Part shown: positions 38,267 to 48,059 of the stretch, piece after piece
Position numbering within the stretch: position 1 is the first letter of the stretch
How the letters are laid out: each line of letters opens with the position of its first letter
Assembly (NCBI GenBank): GCA_965208575.1
Contig: CBDBOV010000002.1
Span: 192,001 to 256,000, forward strand
DNA from: Spirochaetia bacterium
GTDB taxonomy: Bacteria > Spirochaetota > Spirochaetia > SZUA-6 > Bin103
DNA length: 64,000 bases
Direction of reading: 5' to 3'
Program-made: the position numbers and the translations under genes
The notes under the pieces: generated by a model
The model's input: only the letters and a program-made list of their open reading frames with translations
Told to the model about the DNA's origin: nothing
Database searches by the model: none

Positions 38267-40141
38267 ATGATGCGCATACCGGGCACCCTTTCCGGCGGGC
38301 AGGCGCTGGCGTACGGCGCCGCGCGTGCCGGCGTCGGCTGCGTGACCGGCTACCCCGGTTCGCCGAGTTCGGCGACATTGGCGGCGCTGGTCGAGCTGCG
38401 GCGCGCCGGCGCCGGGGCCGGCTGCCACCTGGAGTGGTCGGCCAACGAGCGGGTCGCCCTGGAGGTGGCGATCGGCGCCAGTCTGGGCGGCCGGCGCTCG
38501 CTGGTGTGCACCAAGAGCGTCGGCATGAACGTGATGGTCGACCCGCTGATGGCGCTGAACGTGACGCCGCTGAGCGCCGGGCTGGTGATCATTCTCGGCG
38601 ACGACCCGGGTGCGTACGGGTCGCAGAACGACCAGGACACGCGCAGCCTGGCCGACCTGCTGGAGCTGCCGATGGTGGAGCCGGACACCCCGCGCGCCGG
38701 CCTGGAGATGGTGGAGGCGGCGTTCGCCGCGTCGGAGCGGTACGCGATGCCGGTAGTGGTGCGGGTCACGCGCAGCTTCGACGCCTGCCGCGCGGATGCC
38801 GGCGACCTCGCCGGGGCGGCGCTCGACTGGCGGGTGCGGGAGGGCGCGGTGGCGCGCGAACCGCTGCGCTACGTGCCCTACCCCGGCAACGCGGTGGCCA
38901 AGCACCGCGATCTGCACCGCCGCCTGGACGCGGCCGCGGCGTGGGTGGCGTCCGCGGCATTCAATCGCAGCACGCTTGCCATTCCCGAGTCGACCGCTCG
39001 CCGGTCTGATGCGGCGGTCCGCACCCGAAGTACCGGAGAGCGGCAGCCGGGGCCCCGGCTGCGCAGCCGCGCGGCGCCGGCGGCCTCCGGCACGGCGCCG
39101 CGGCGTTCAGCACTCGCGGTCCGCACCGCGCCGCCCCCAGGCGCAGACCCGACGCCCGGCACGGCGCGGGCAGCGTCGGACGGAGCCGCGGCAGCGGAGC
39201 GCGGCGACCGGCCGGGTGGACGGCGCGGCATCGTGAGCTCCGGGTTCTGCACCAGCAAGCTGAACGACGTGATCGGCGACGGGGCGGGAGCGGCCGGCGA
39301 TAAGGTGGGGCGGCTGGCCCTGGGCGGCGTTTTTCCGTTGCCCGCGGCGCCGTTGCGGGCGTTCCTCGCCGCACACGACGAAGTGCTGGTGGTGGAAGAG
39401 AACGAGCCGTACCTGGAGCAGCGCATCGCCGCCCTGGCGCATGCCGAGCGGCTTGCCGTGCGGGTGCGCGGCAAGCTGACCGGCGACGTGGCGCGCTGCG
39501 GCGAACTGTACCGTTGGCAGATCGTGGACGCGCTGGCGCGCTTCGCGCCGCACCTGGCGCAGGGGGGGCAGGCCGCCGCGTACACCGCGGACGGCGAGGC
39601 GGCCGAGCGCCCGCCGCGGCGCGATCACTGCGCCGGCTGCCCGTTCGACAAGCTGATCGACGCGGTGCAGGCGTGGCTGGCCGGCAGCGGCCGCGACGCC
39701 TGGCTGGTGGCCGATCCCGGGTGCCTGGTGTCCGAGGCCACGCGTCTGGGCGCAAAGTACGCGATCGGCTCGGCGGCGGCGGTGGCGCACGGCCTGCAGC
39801 ACGCCGGCCAGGACGCGGTGGCGCTGTTCGGCGATTCGGCGTTCTTCCACGCCGCGCTGCCGGCGCTGTGCAACGCCTACGCGCAGGGCGCCGACCTGGC
39901 CGTGATCGTGGTGGACAACGCCGGTGCGGTCACCACCGGCCGGCAGCCGCATCCCGGCAGCGGGCGCACGGCGCTCGGCTCGCCCGCGCCGCGGCTGGAC
40001 ATGCTTGCGCTCGCCCGCGCCTGCGGCGCCAGCCATGCCGCGCAGGCTGGCCTGGAGGACCTGCCGGCAGCGCTGCCGGCCGCCCTCGACGGCCCCGGCC
40101 TGCGCGTGCTGGTGGTGGATGCCCCGTGCCGGGAAGTGTGA
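38267..40141 (+). CDS. iorA: Indolepyruvate ferredoxin oxidoreductase alpha-like TPP enzyme
   Basis: GYPGSPS, EWSANERVALE, KSVGMNV, DDPGAYGSQNDQDTR, CAGCP, GDSAFFHA, DN..AVTTGRQPHP. Confidence 0.8.
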   Translation: MMRIPGTLSGGQALAYGAARAGVGCVTGYPGSPSSATLAALVELRRAGAGAGCHLEWSANERVALEVAIGASLGGRRSLVCTKSVGMNVMVDPLMALNVTPLSAGLVIILGDDPGAYGSQNDQDTRSLADLLELPMVEPDTPRAGLEMVEAAFAASERYAMPVVVRVTRSFDACRADAGDLAGAALDWRVREGAVAREPLRYVPYPGNAVAKHRDLHRRLDAAAAWVASAAFNRSTLAIPESTARRSDAAVRTRSTGERQPGPRLRSRAAPAASGTAPRRSALAVRTAPPPGADPTPGTARAASDGAAAAERGDRPGGRRGIVSSGFCTSKLNDVIGDGAGAAGDKVGRLALGGVFPLPAAPLRAFLAAHDEVLVVEENEPYLEQRIAALAHAERLAVRVRGKLTGDVARCGELYRWQIVDALARFAPHLAQGGQAAAYTADGEAAERPPRRDHCAGCPFDKLIDAVQAWLAGSGRDAWLVADPGCLVSEATRLGAKYAIGSAAAVAHGLQHAGQDAVALFGDSAFFHAALPALCNAYAQGADLAVIVVDNAGAVTTGRQPHPGSGRTALGSPAPRLDMLALARACGASHAAQAGLEDLPAALPAALDGPGLRVLVVDAPCREV

Positions 40142-40154
40142 CCGGGCGCCATGG

Positions 40155-40222
40155 CCGCACCAGGGACACGGCGCCAGGGAACACGGCACCAGGGATATTG
40201 GCACCAGGACGTTGGCAATTGC
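40155..40222. repeat. Four ~15-bp degenerate tandem repeats (GGCACCAGGG core)
   Basis: GCACCAGGGACAC / GGCGCCAGGGAACAC / GGCACCAGGGATATT / GGCACCAGGACGTT. Confidence 0.65.
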
Positions 40223-40250
40223 CGTCCCTGCCCGCGATATTGGGGAGGTG

Positions 40251-40721
40251 ATGTACAGCGCGATCCTGACCGTGCATTCCTACCTGCGCTACGCGGTGCT
40301 GCTCCTGGTGCTCGTGGTAGTGCTGCGCTACGCGGCCGGACTGCTGCGCCCGCGCGCGTGGAGCGACGGCGACGAGGCTCTCGGACGGTGGATGATCCGC
40401 ATCTGGGATCTGCAGTTCCTGCTCGGGCTGGTGCTCTACTTCCTCAGTCCCATCGTGCAGTTCGGCTTCCGCAACCCCGGCGAGGCGATGGGCGACGCCC
40501 AGTTGCGCCAGTTCCTGGTCGAGCATCCGCTGCTCAACCTGCTGGCCATCGCTGCCCTGCACGTCGGATGGATCCGCGCCCGCAAGGCCGCCGGCGCGGG
40601 TGGCCGGAGGGTGCGCGCGCTGCTATTCATCGTGATCGCCGCGGGCTTGGTGGTGCTGTCGATCCCCTGGGAGGGCCGTCCGCTGCTGCGCACCGCCGTC
40701 GGCCCACCGCAACTCCTTTGA
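40251..40721 (+). CDS. Four-TM membrane protein with conserved histidines (cytochrome b-like hypothetical)
   Basis: GGAGG RBS; HSYLRY, QFLLGLVLY, R.FLVEHP, ALHVG, SIPW. Confidence 0.75.
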   Translation: MYSAILTVHSYLRYAVLLLVLVVVLRYAAGLLRPRAWSDGDEALGRWMIRIWDLQFLLGLVLYFLSPIVQFGFRNPGEAMGDAQLRQFLVEHPLLNLLAIAALHVGWIRARKAAGAGGRRVRALLFIVIAAGLVVLSIPWEGRPLLRTAVGPPQLL

Positions 40722-40842
40722 CTCGCAAGGCTGCACCGCGCCCGCCGCGCGCTGCGGAACCGAGCTGGAGTCGACGCGAGGAGTCGGTGGTTTAGTCAAC
40801 GGGCATTGCACAAGTTTAGACAATGATGATTGAATAAATGAT

Positions 40843-42237
40843 GTGACGGTCGATTCGCGCTTTGCGCCGCACAATTCCCATCGGGAAGATCCGAGCCGGT
40901 TTGCGACGCTCGACCCGCAACTCCGTGAGCTCCGCCGTGTTCCGATTGCATACCGCTATCCGCTGCTCGCCAGGTTGCCGGTCGAGGAGCCGGGGATCTA
41001 CTCGATTACCGGCGGCCGGAGGGTCGGCAAGTCGACCGTCCTCAAGCAGTGGATGGCCGATCTGCTGGATCGGGGAGTGTCGCCCGAACGGATCCTCTAC
41101 CTGACCGGGGAATTGATCGACGACCATCATGCCCTCGTGGCGCTGCTCACAAGGACCGGCCTGGGCCGGTCGGATTCCCGGCCCGCGTACCTGCTGGTCG
41201 ATGAAGTGACCTACATCCGCGGTTGGGATCGCGGCGTCAAGTATCTCGCCGATGCCGGCATGCTGGAGAACGTGATCGTGATTCTGACCGGCTCCGACTC
41301 GGTCGTCATCCGTGAGGCCCGCACCCTTCTTCCGGGCCGCCGAGGACGGGCTGCACGGGTCGACTTCCACCTCTATCCGCTGTCGTTCGCCGAGTATGTC
41401 GAGGTGGCCGGGGCTGCCCACACCGCCCCTCTCCGCCACGCGGCGGGACAGGAGCCGAGCCCGGACAGCGCTGCCGCGCTGACGCGCGCGTTCGAGAGCT
41501 ACCTGCTGCACGGCGGTTTTCTGACCGCGATCAACGACGTGGCGGCCGAGGGCCGCATTCAGCCGTCCACATTCGCGGTCTACTGCGACTGGATTCGCGG
41601 CGACATGCTCAAGCGCGGCAAGCAGGAGGTCTATCTCGAGGAGGTCCTCGGCGCGGTCGTGCGCCGGTACGGCAGCCAGGTGACCTGGAATGCCCTGGCG
41701 CGCGACCTTTCAATCGACCATCCGGCGACGGTCGCCGACTACCTCGGTCTGCTGGCGCGCATGGACGTGCTGGTCGTGCAGCACGCGCTGCGCGAAGACC
41801 GGCTCGCCGCGGCGCCGAAGAAGGCGCGCAAGGTGGCGTTCAGCGATCCGTTCATCCTGCACGCGGTGCGGAGTTGGCTCGAGCCGGAGGCAGACCCGTT
41901 CACCAGTCAGGTGAAGCCGGCTCTCGCCGATCCCGAATGGGCGGGCAAGATGGCGGAAGCGTGCGTCGCGGCGCACCATCATCGCCTGCACCCTACGTTC
42001 TACATCAAGGGCGACGGCGAGGTCGACGTAGCGTTCGTCGCGGGTGAGGGGTTCCAGCCGGTCGAGGTGAAGTGGACGGCGCAGATCCGCTCCGCGGATT
42101 TGAAGCAGGCGCGGCGGTATCCGAACAGCATCGTGTGCTCGAAGTTGGCCGTTGCACGCGTGCACGGGCTCGCGAACGAGTTGCTGCCGCTGCACCTGCG
42201 GCGCCTCGGCCCGTCACCGCACTACGTAACTTGGTAG
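40843..42237 (+). CDS. AAA_14 ATPase with DUF4143-like C-terminal domain
   Basis: GGRRVGKST, LLVDEV, LTGS, LYPLSFAEY, YLLHGGF, KVAFSDP, EVDVA...VEVKW. Confidence 0.88.
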   Translation: MTVDSRFAPHNSHREDPSRFATLDPQLRELRRVPIAYRYPLLARLPVEEPGIYSITGGRRVGKSTVLKQWMADLLDRGVSPERILYLTGELIDDHHALVALLTRTGLGRSDSRPAYLLVDEVTYIRGWDRGVKYLADAGMLENVIVILTGSDSVVIREARTLLPGRRGRAARVDFHLYPLSFAEYVEVAGAAHTAPLRHAAGQEPSPDSAAALTRAFESYLLHGGFLTAINDVAAEGRIQPSTFAVYCDWIRGDMLKRGKQEVYLEEVLGAVVRRYGSQVTWNALARDLSIDHPATVADYLGLLARMDVLVVQHALREDRLAAAPKKARKVAFSDPFILHAVRSWLEPEADPFTSQVKPALADPEWAGKMAEACVAAHHHRLHPTFYIKGDGEVDVAFVAGEGFQPVEVKWTAQIRSADLKQARRYPNSIVCSKLAVARVHGLANELLPLHLRRLGPSPHYVTW

Positions 42238-42273
42238 CGCCGCCTGCCCGCGCACCACGGGCCGCCGGACGGG

Positions 42274-43215
42274 TTAGCTGCCGCTGACCGAGGTGACGCG
42301 GGCGAACAGGCGGTCGATGCGGGCGGTGGCGGCGGCGGACAGGGGGCCGCGGGCAAACGAGGCGGCGTTGGCGCGCAGGTGGTCCACGTTGCCGGTGCCG
42401 GACAGCACGGTGCTGACGCCCGGCTGGCCGATGCAGTAGCGGTAGGCGGCGTCTGCGAGGTCCTCGGTCTCGGCGGCCAGGAAGCCGAACGGGTCCGGCG
42501 CGCCGGCGAGTTCCCGGTCCACCTCGCCGCGCCCGGCCAGCTCGGCGAGCAGCTCGCGCAGGCGTTCGGGGCGGCTGAACGCGCGCCGCACGGCAAACAT
42601 GATCATGGTCCCGACGTCGCGGTCGGCGGCCACGCGCAGCACGCTGTCGCGGGCGGTGTGGTTGAGCATGTTGAAGCCCACCATGACCACCTCGAAACAG
42701 CCGTCGTCGAGGGCGGCGCGCAGCATGGCGTGCTCGGTGTCGTTGCCGAACCGTTCGGTGATGCCGAGGAAGCGCACCTTGCCCGCCTCTCGCAGGCGCA
42801 GCAGCGCGGGCACCAACTCCGCCCGGGCGTGCGCGTACTGCTCGTCGCTGACGCCGTGCAGGTGATAGACGTCGATGTAGTCGGTCTCCAGGCGGCGCAG
42901 GCTCGCCTCCACCGCGGCTTTCAGCTCGGCGCCGGTCAGCAGCCGGTCGCCGCTGTCGGCGCGCAGGCCCCGCTTGCTCGACAGCACCACCTCCTCGCGC
43001 CGGCAGCCGCGCAGCCCGGCGGCCACCAGCGGCTCGGTACGGTAGGCGGTGGCGGTGTCGATGAAGTTCACCCCGGCGTCGAGCGCCGCCCGCACCACGG
43101 CCGCGGACTGCTCGCCGGTGCGCCCCGTGCTCAGCCCCAGCCGGCTCGGTCCGCCGCAGCCGAGCGCCATCGCGCTCACCTCGAGGCCGGTGCGTCCCAG
43201 CCGCCGATACTCCAT
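42274..43215 (-). CDS. Aldo/keto reductase
   Basis: MEYRRLGRTGLEVS, GVNFIDTA..Y, SLRRLETDYIDVYHLH. Confidence 0.92.
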   Translation of the reverse strand: MEYRRLGRTGLEVSAMALGCGGPSRLGLSTGRTGEQSAAVVRAALDAGVNFIDTATAYRTEPLVAAGLRGCRREEVVLSSKRGLRADSGDRLLTGAELKAAVEASLRRLETDYIDVYHLHGVSDEQYAHARAELVPALLRLREAGKVRFLGITERFGNDTEHAMLRAALDDGCFEVVMVGFNMLNHTARDSVLRVAADRDVGTMIMFAVRRAFSRPERLRELLAELAGRGEVDRELAGAPDPFGFLAAETEDLADAAYRYCIGQPGVSTVLSGTGNVDHLRANAASFARGPLSAAATARIDRLFARVTSVSGS

Positions 43216-43338
43216 CCGTCACCCCCCATTGCGGCGCACGGTCCGCCCCGATACTGTGCCGGGGGCGCCCTGCCATCGCAAGAATGCATTGTGCACCGGG
43301 AAGCGCCCCGCTACCACCTGCAATCCAAGGAGCCGAAC

Positions 43339-45189
43339 ATGGGTACCGACACCGCCGCCCTGCAATACCGCGCCGAGATGCTGCGCATCCACTCCATCAA
43401 CATGACCTCCGCTTCCGCGTCCGGACATCCCACCACCTGCATGTCCGCCGCGGAAATCATGAGCGTGCTGTTCTTCGACGAGATGCGCTACGACCCGCGC
43501 CATCCCGACTCACTCGCCAACGACGAGTTCGTGCTCTCCAAGGGCCACGCCGCCCCGGTGCTGTACGCCGCCTACGCGGAGGCGGGAACGATCCCGGTGG
43601 CCGAGTTGCAGGAGCTGCGCAACTTCGACAGCCGGCTCGAGGGCCATCCCATACCGGGGCGCGCGCCGGGGGTGCGCGTCGCCACCGGCTCGCTGGGCCA
43701 GGGTCTGGCCGCGGCCATCGGCATGGCGCTGGCGATCAACCATGACGGCGGCGGCCAGCGCGTGTACGCGCTGCTCGGCGACGGCGAGATGGCGGAGGGC
43801 TCGGTGTGGGAGGCGATGAACCTGGCGCCCCACCTCGGCGTGAGCAACCTGTGCGCGATCCTGGACATGAACCGGCTCGGGCAGAGCGACCCGACCCTGT
43901 TCGGCTGGGACGGCGCCGGCTATGCCGCCAAGGCGGCGGCGTTCGGCTGGGACGTGCACGAGTGTGACGGCCACGACGTGGCCGCGCTGCAGGCCGCCCT
44001 GGCCGCCGCGCGCGCCGCGGACCGGCCGAGCTTCATCGTGGCGCGCACCGTCAAGGGCAAGGGGGTGAGCTTCCTGGAGGACCACGAGGCGATGCACGGC
44101 AAGGCGGTGCCGGAGGATCAGCACGAGGCGGCGCTTGCCGAGGTGCGGGCGCGCATCGCGGCGCTCGGCGAGCCGGAGGCGCCGGCCGCCGGAGCCGCGC
44201 CGGCAGCCGCCGCGGACGCCGCCCCCGAACCGCGCGCACTCTCGCTTGCCACCAGCTACGCGCAGGGCGACAAGATCGCCACCCGCAAGGCGTACGGCGC
44301 GGCGCTCGCCAAGCTCGGCGCCGCCGACCCGGACATGTTCGTGCTCGACGCCGACGTCAAGAACTCCACCTTTACCGACGCCTTCTTCGCCGCCTTCCCG
44401 GAGCGCAGCGTGGAGTGCTACATCGCCGAGCAGAACATGATCGGCATCGCCACCGGCCTGCAGGCGCGCGGCAAGCGCGCCTTCGCCGCCACCTTCGCCG
44501 CCTTCCTGTCGCGCGCCTACGACCAGGTGCGCATGGCCGCCCACTCGCACGCCAACCTGAAGCTCGCCGGGTCGCACACCGGGGTCTCCATCGGCGAGGA
44601 CGGCGCCTCGCAGATGGGCCTGGAGGACGTGTCGATGCTGCGCGCGGTACTCGGCAGCGCCGTGCTGTGCCCGGCCGACGGCGTGGCGGCCGAGAAGCTG
44701 ACCTGCCTGGCGGCCAACCACCACGGCGTCTCCTACGTGCGCACGGCGCGCCCGGACGTGGCGGTGATCTACGGCAATGACCAGGAGTTCGCGCTCGGCG
44801 GCAGCAAGGTGCTGCGCAGTTCACTGGCTGACCGGGTGACGCTGGTCGGGGCCGGGGTCACCCTGCACGAGGCGCTGGCCGCGGCCGAGATGCTCGCCGG
44901 CGAAGGCATCGCGGCGCGCGTGATCGACTGCTACTCGATCAAGCCGCTCGACGAGGCCGTTCTGCGGCAGGCCGCCGCCGACACCGAGGCGATCGTGACG
45001 GCCGAAGACCACTACCCGGAGGGCGGCTTGGGCGAGGCGGTCGCCGCGGCGGTGAGCGGCGCCGGCGCCGCGGTGCACGTGTTGGCGGTGCGGCGCGCGC
45101 CGCACTCCGGCAAGGGCGCCGAGCTGCTCGCCGAGCAGGGCCTGGACGCCGCCGGCATCGCCGCCGCCGCCCGCAGCGCCTTGGCGTAG
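43339..45189 (+). CDS. tkt: Transketolase (single-chain, ~616 aa)
   Basis: AAGGAG RBS; SGHPTT, SKGHAAP, TGSLGQG, GDGEMAEGSVWE, IAEQNM, GVSIGEDGASQM, EDHY..GGLG. Confidence 0.93.
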   Translation: MGTDTAALQYRAEMLRIHSINMTSASASGHPTTCMSAAEIMSVLFFDEMRYDPRHPDSLANDEFVLSKGHAAPVLYAAYAEAGTIPVAELQELRNFDSRLEGHPIPGRAPGVRVATGSLGQGLAAAIGMALAINHDGGGQRVYALLGDGEMAEGSVWEAMNLAPHLGVSNLCAILDMNRLGQSDPTLFGWDGAGYAAKAAAFGWDVHECDGHDVAALQAALAAARAADRPSFIVARTVKGKGVSFLEDHEAMHGKAVPEDQHEAALAEVRARIAALGEPEAPAAGAAPAAAADAAPEPRALSLATSYAQGDKIATRKAYGAALAKLGAADPDMFVLDADVKNSTFTDAFFAAFPERSVECYIAEQNMIGIATGLQARGKRAFAATFAAFLSRAYDQVRMAAHSHANLKLAGSHTGVSIGEDGASQMGLEDVSMLRAVLGSAVLCPADGVAAEKLTCLAANHHGVSYVRTARPDVAVIYGNDQEFALGGSKVLRSSLADRVTLVGAGVTLHEALAAAEMLAGEGIAARVIDCYSIKPLDEAVLRQAAADTEAIVTAEDHYPEGGLGEAVAAAVSGAGAAVHVLAVRRAPHSGKGAELLAEQGLDAAGIAAAARSALA

Positions 45190-45198
45190 CTCTCCAGG

Positions 45199-46620
45199 TC
45201 AGCCGCCGCCAAGGAGCGCGCGGCTGGCGATGTAACGTCTCCGGGGATCGTGCGGCCCGGTTCCCACCTCGCGCACGAGCCCGCGCGACACCAGCCTGGC
45301 GAGACGGGTCCGGGTCGAGCGCGGGGTGAGTCCGACCGCCTCGGCAACCTCGGCGGAGCCGTATTCTCCGCCGTCTTTCAGCAGGAAGAGAATCGACTGG
45401 TCCGTAGCGTCGAGGGCATATCCGGTTGCTGCGCCGAGTTCGCCCGCGGCAACGATTGGGGTGCCGTCGGCGCGCCTGGCCGCGACGGTAGGGATGGTCA
45501 CGCGCAGGCGCAGGCCAACCTCCTCCCACACCGGGGGAGCGAGACCGGCTTCGCGGCACGTCGCGATCATGCGCTGAACACCGCTGCCCCACTGCTCGAC
45601 CAGCCCGAGTTCGTGGAACACCCGGCCGATGGTCCGGTTGCGCAGCTTGGAGATGCCCTGGGGCAGATCGTCGAGCGTCAACCCGAACGGAAGCAGGCCG
45701 GGGTTCTCCACCTCGATCCTGTCGTCGAAGATGGCGAGTCTGATCGGCGCTCCGCGTTGCGAGTAGTCCGCGTGCGCGACCGCGTTGATGATCGCTTCGC
45801 GCACAGCCACGATCGGGACGCTCCAACGATCCTGGTGTCTGACCTGGCCAATCTCGATGCCGTGCAGGGCATGCTTCTGCACGAACGCTACTGCATCTTC
45901 AATCGCCCGTACCAGTGGAGTCTTGATGTCCAGGTGGTCGACGATGGTTGCCTTGTCAACGCCGGCGAAGCGCCCGGCCTGGATCCAGGCGTCGGGAAAG
46001 TGGGCCAGGCGGTCGACCCCGAACAGCAGGATTCCGCCGACCGTCGGCACCATGCTTCCCTGATGAGTAGTGAGAAGACGAAGCGTCTGCAGATTGTTCG
46101 GGGTCAGGGTGCGCGCGGGGGCGAATGACTCGGAAGCAGCCTGGAAGTCGACTGCTTCCGAGTTCAGCGCCGGCAGCGGTCCTTCATCGAACGACTCGCC
46201 GGTTGTATAGCGGCGCATCTCGGCGATCAGCGCCGCGTCGGCCAGCCGGTTGGAGGATCCAACCCGCGTGTAAGTGCCGCGGTGCAGCCCCTCGCGCGAC
46301 AGATAGTGCGGCCGTGCCGGGCTCGGGAACACTTCTACCGCCAAGACGTGGGTGTTGCGGTAGCTCAGCAGTTCCACGTCGGGAAGAAGGCGCGGCTTGA
46401 TCGAGTCGCTGATCAGGTTGACCACGCGCTCCTCCAGGTCGAGAGGGTCGGTGACGCCACGGATGTGGCGGGTGCGACCCTCGACGCCGATGAGAATGAC
46501 GCCGCCGGTGGTATTGGCGAAGGCGACGACAGTGCGGAGAAAACCGCCGGGCGAGGAAAGATCGCGCTTGAACTCCAGGTTCTTCCCCTCGGTCCGGCGA
46601 AGAAGCTCGGTGATTTTCAT
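45199..46620 (-). CDS. Schlafen/AlbA_2 + HATPase_c_4 + C-terminal HTH protein
   Basis: EGKNLEFK, VAFANT.GG.ILIGV, REAIINAVAHADY, IFDDRIEVENPG, EQWGSG; winged helix ending DPRRRY. Confidence 0.88.
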   Translation of the reverse strand: MKITELLRRTEGKNLEFKRDLSSPGGFLRTVVAFANTTGGVILIGVEGRTRHIRGVTDPLDLEERVVNLISDSIKPRLLPDVELLSYRNTHVLAVEVFPSPARPHYLSREGLHRGTYTRVGSSNRLADAALIAEMRRYTTGESFDEGPLPALNSEAVDFQAASESFAPARTLTPNNLQTLRLLTTHQGSMVPTVGGILLFGVDRLAHFPDAWIQAGRFAGVDKATIVDHLDIKTPLVRAIEDAVAFVQKHALHGIEIGQVRHQDRWSVPIVAVREAIINAVAHADYSQRGAPIRLAIFDDRIEVENPGLLPFGLTLDDLPQGISKLRNRTIGRVFHELGLVEQWGSGVQRMIATCREAGLAPPVWEEVGLRLRVTIPTVAARRADGTPIVAAGELGAATGYALDATDQSILFLLKDGGEYGSAEVAEAVGLTPRSTRTRLARLVSRGLVREVGTGPHDPRRRYIASRALLGGG

Positions 46621-46622
46621 TG

Positions 46623-46732
46623 CTCGGAAGCGTACTCGGAAGTTGTGCCCGACGCTACCCTTCCGAGTTAGATTAGATCGCCGTCTTCACGGACCGACTC
46701 GGAAGCTACTCGGAAGTCGGCGGCTTCCGAGT
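46623..46732. promoter_or_regulatory. Six copies of CTCGGAAG/CTTCCGAG upstream of the AlbA-HTH gene (candidate operator)
   Basis: Direct copies at 46623, 46635, 46698 and 46709; inverted copies at 46660 and 46724. Confidence 0.7.
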
Positions 46733-46804
46733 CGGGTTCAGGGTGGGGCGCTCGGCGTGCCGGTAGCGCACGGCGCCCGGCAGCGCACGGCGCCGGGCTG
46801 CGCG

Positions 46805-48010
46805 CTAACCGGAGCCGGGCGGGATGGAGGGGATGGCCACATCGGGCTCCACGTCGGCGGCGTAGTCGATGCCGGGCAGGCCGAAGCCGAACAGGCGCAG
46901 GAAGTCGTTTCGGTAGCCGTCGAGGTCGGCCAGCTCCGCGACCCGGTCGGCGCCGCCGCCGTCCGCGAACGATGCGAAGCGCTGCTCCACCTCGCGCTGC
47001 ACGTCCGGGTCCATCTCCCGGTCGTCGATCCGTACCCGTCCCTCGGCGTCGGTGGCAATCTCGCCGCCGGTGTACAGGCGGTCGGCGAACAGGCGGTGGA
47101 TCTGCTCGATCGCGCCCTCGTGCGAGCCGCGCTCCTTCATGACCCGGAACAGCAGCATCAGGTAGAGTGGAATCACCGGGATGGCGGCGCTCGCCTGGGT
47201 GACCAGCGCCTTGTTCACCGATACGAGGGAACGCGCCGGAAGTTCGCGGTCCAACTCGCCGGCGGTCTGCTCCAGGTGCTGCTTGGCGCGCCCGATGGTG
47301 CCGGCGCGGTAGATGGCGTGCGTGTAGGTGGGGCCGGCGTAGGTGTAAGCGATGTTGCGGCAGCCGGGCGCCAGCAGGCCGGCGTCGTGCAGGGCGGCGC
47401 TCCAGCGGCGCCAGTCGTCGCCGCCCATCACCGCCACGGTGGCGGCGATGTCGGCTTCGTCGGCCGGCTCGATCTGCACGCTGGAGACGGCGCCGCTGTT
47501 GGGGTCGATGGTGGTGCCGTCATAGCGGGCGCCGATCGGCTTGAGGACGCTGTTGAAGGCCTCCCCGGTATCGGGGTGGACACGGCGCGGCGCCGCCAGG
47601 CTGTACACCACCAGGTCCACCTGCCCGAGCTGCCTGGCGACCAGGTCCAGCGTCTGCCCGCGGATCTCGTGGGAGAAGGCGTCGCCGTTGATGCTCCAGG
47701 CGCCGCGCCCGGCGGCGCGTGCGGCGCGTTCGAAGGCGGCGCTGTTGTACCAGCCGGCCGACGCGGTGCGGCGCCGGGCCGCCGGACGTTCGAAGAACAC
47801 CCCCACGGTGTCGGCGCCGCTGCCGAACGCGGCCACGATGCGCGAGGCCAGGCCGTAGCCGGTGGAGGCGCCGATCACCAGCACCCGGCGCGGTCCGTCG
47901 ACCGCCGGCCGGCGCTGCACGTAGTCGATCTGTTCCGCCACGTTGGCGGCGCAGCCGTCGGGATGCGCGGTCATGCAGATGAAGCCGCGAATTCTCGGTT
48001 CAATGATCAT
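46805..48010 (-). CDS. fabV: Enoyl-ACP / trans-2-enoyl-CoA reductase FabV
   Basis: MIIEPRIRGFICMTAHP.GC, VLVIGASTGYGLASRI, SINGDAFS, VMGGDDW, Y..GTIG.AK, KALVTQAS.AIP. Confidence 0.95.
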   Translation of the reverse strand: MIIEPRIRGFICMTAHPDGCAANVAEQIDYVQRRPAVDGPRRVLVIGASTGYGLASRIVAAFGSGADTVGVFFERPAARRRTASAGWYNSAAFERAARAAGRGAWSINGDAFSHEIRGQTLDLVARQLGQVDLVVYSLAAPRRVHPDTGEAFNSVLKPIGARYDGTTIDPNSGAVSSVQIEPADEADIAATVAVMGGDDWRRWSAALHDAGLLAPGCRNIAYTYAGPTYTHAIYRAGTIGRAKQHLEQTAGELDRELPARSLVSVNKALVTQASAAIPVIPLYLMLLFRVMKERGSHEGAIEQIHRLFADRLYTGGEIATDAEGRVRIDDREMDPDVQREVEQRFASFADGGGADRVAELADLDGYRNDFLRLFGFGLPGIDYAADVEPDVAIPSIPPGSG

Positions 48011-48059
48011 GTCGGGTGCGTTCCGCGCCGCGCACTGTAGGAGATGGCCGCGTCCGCTG

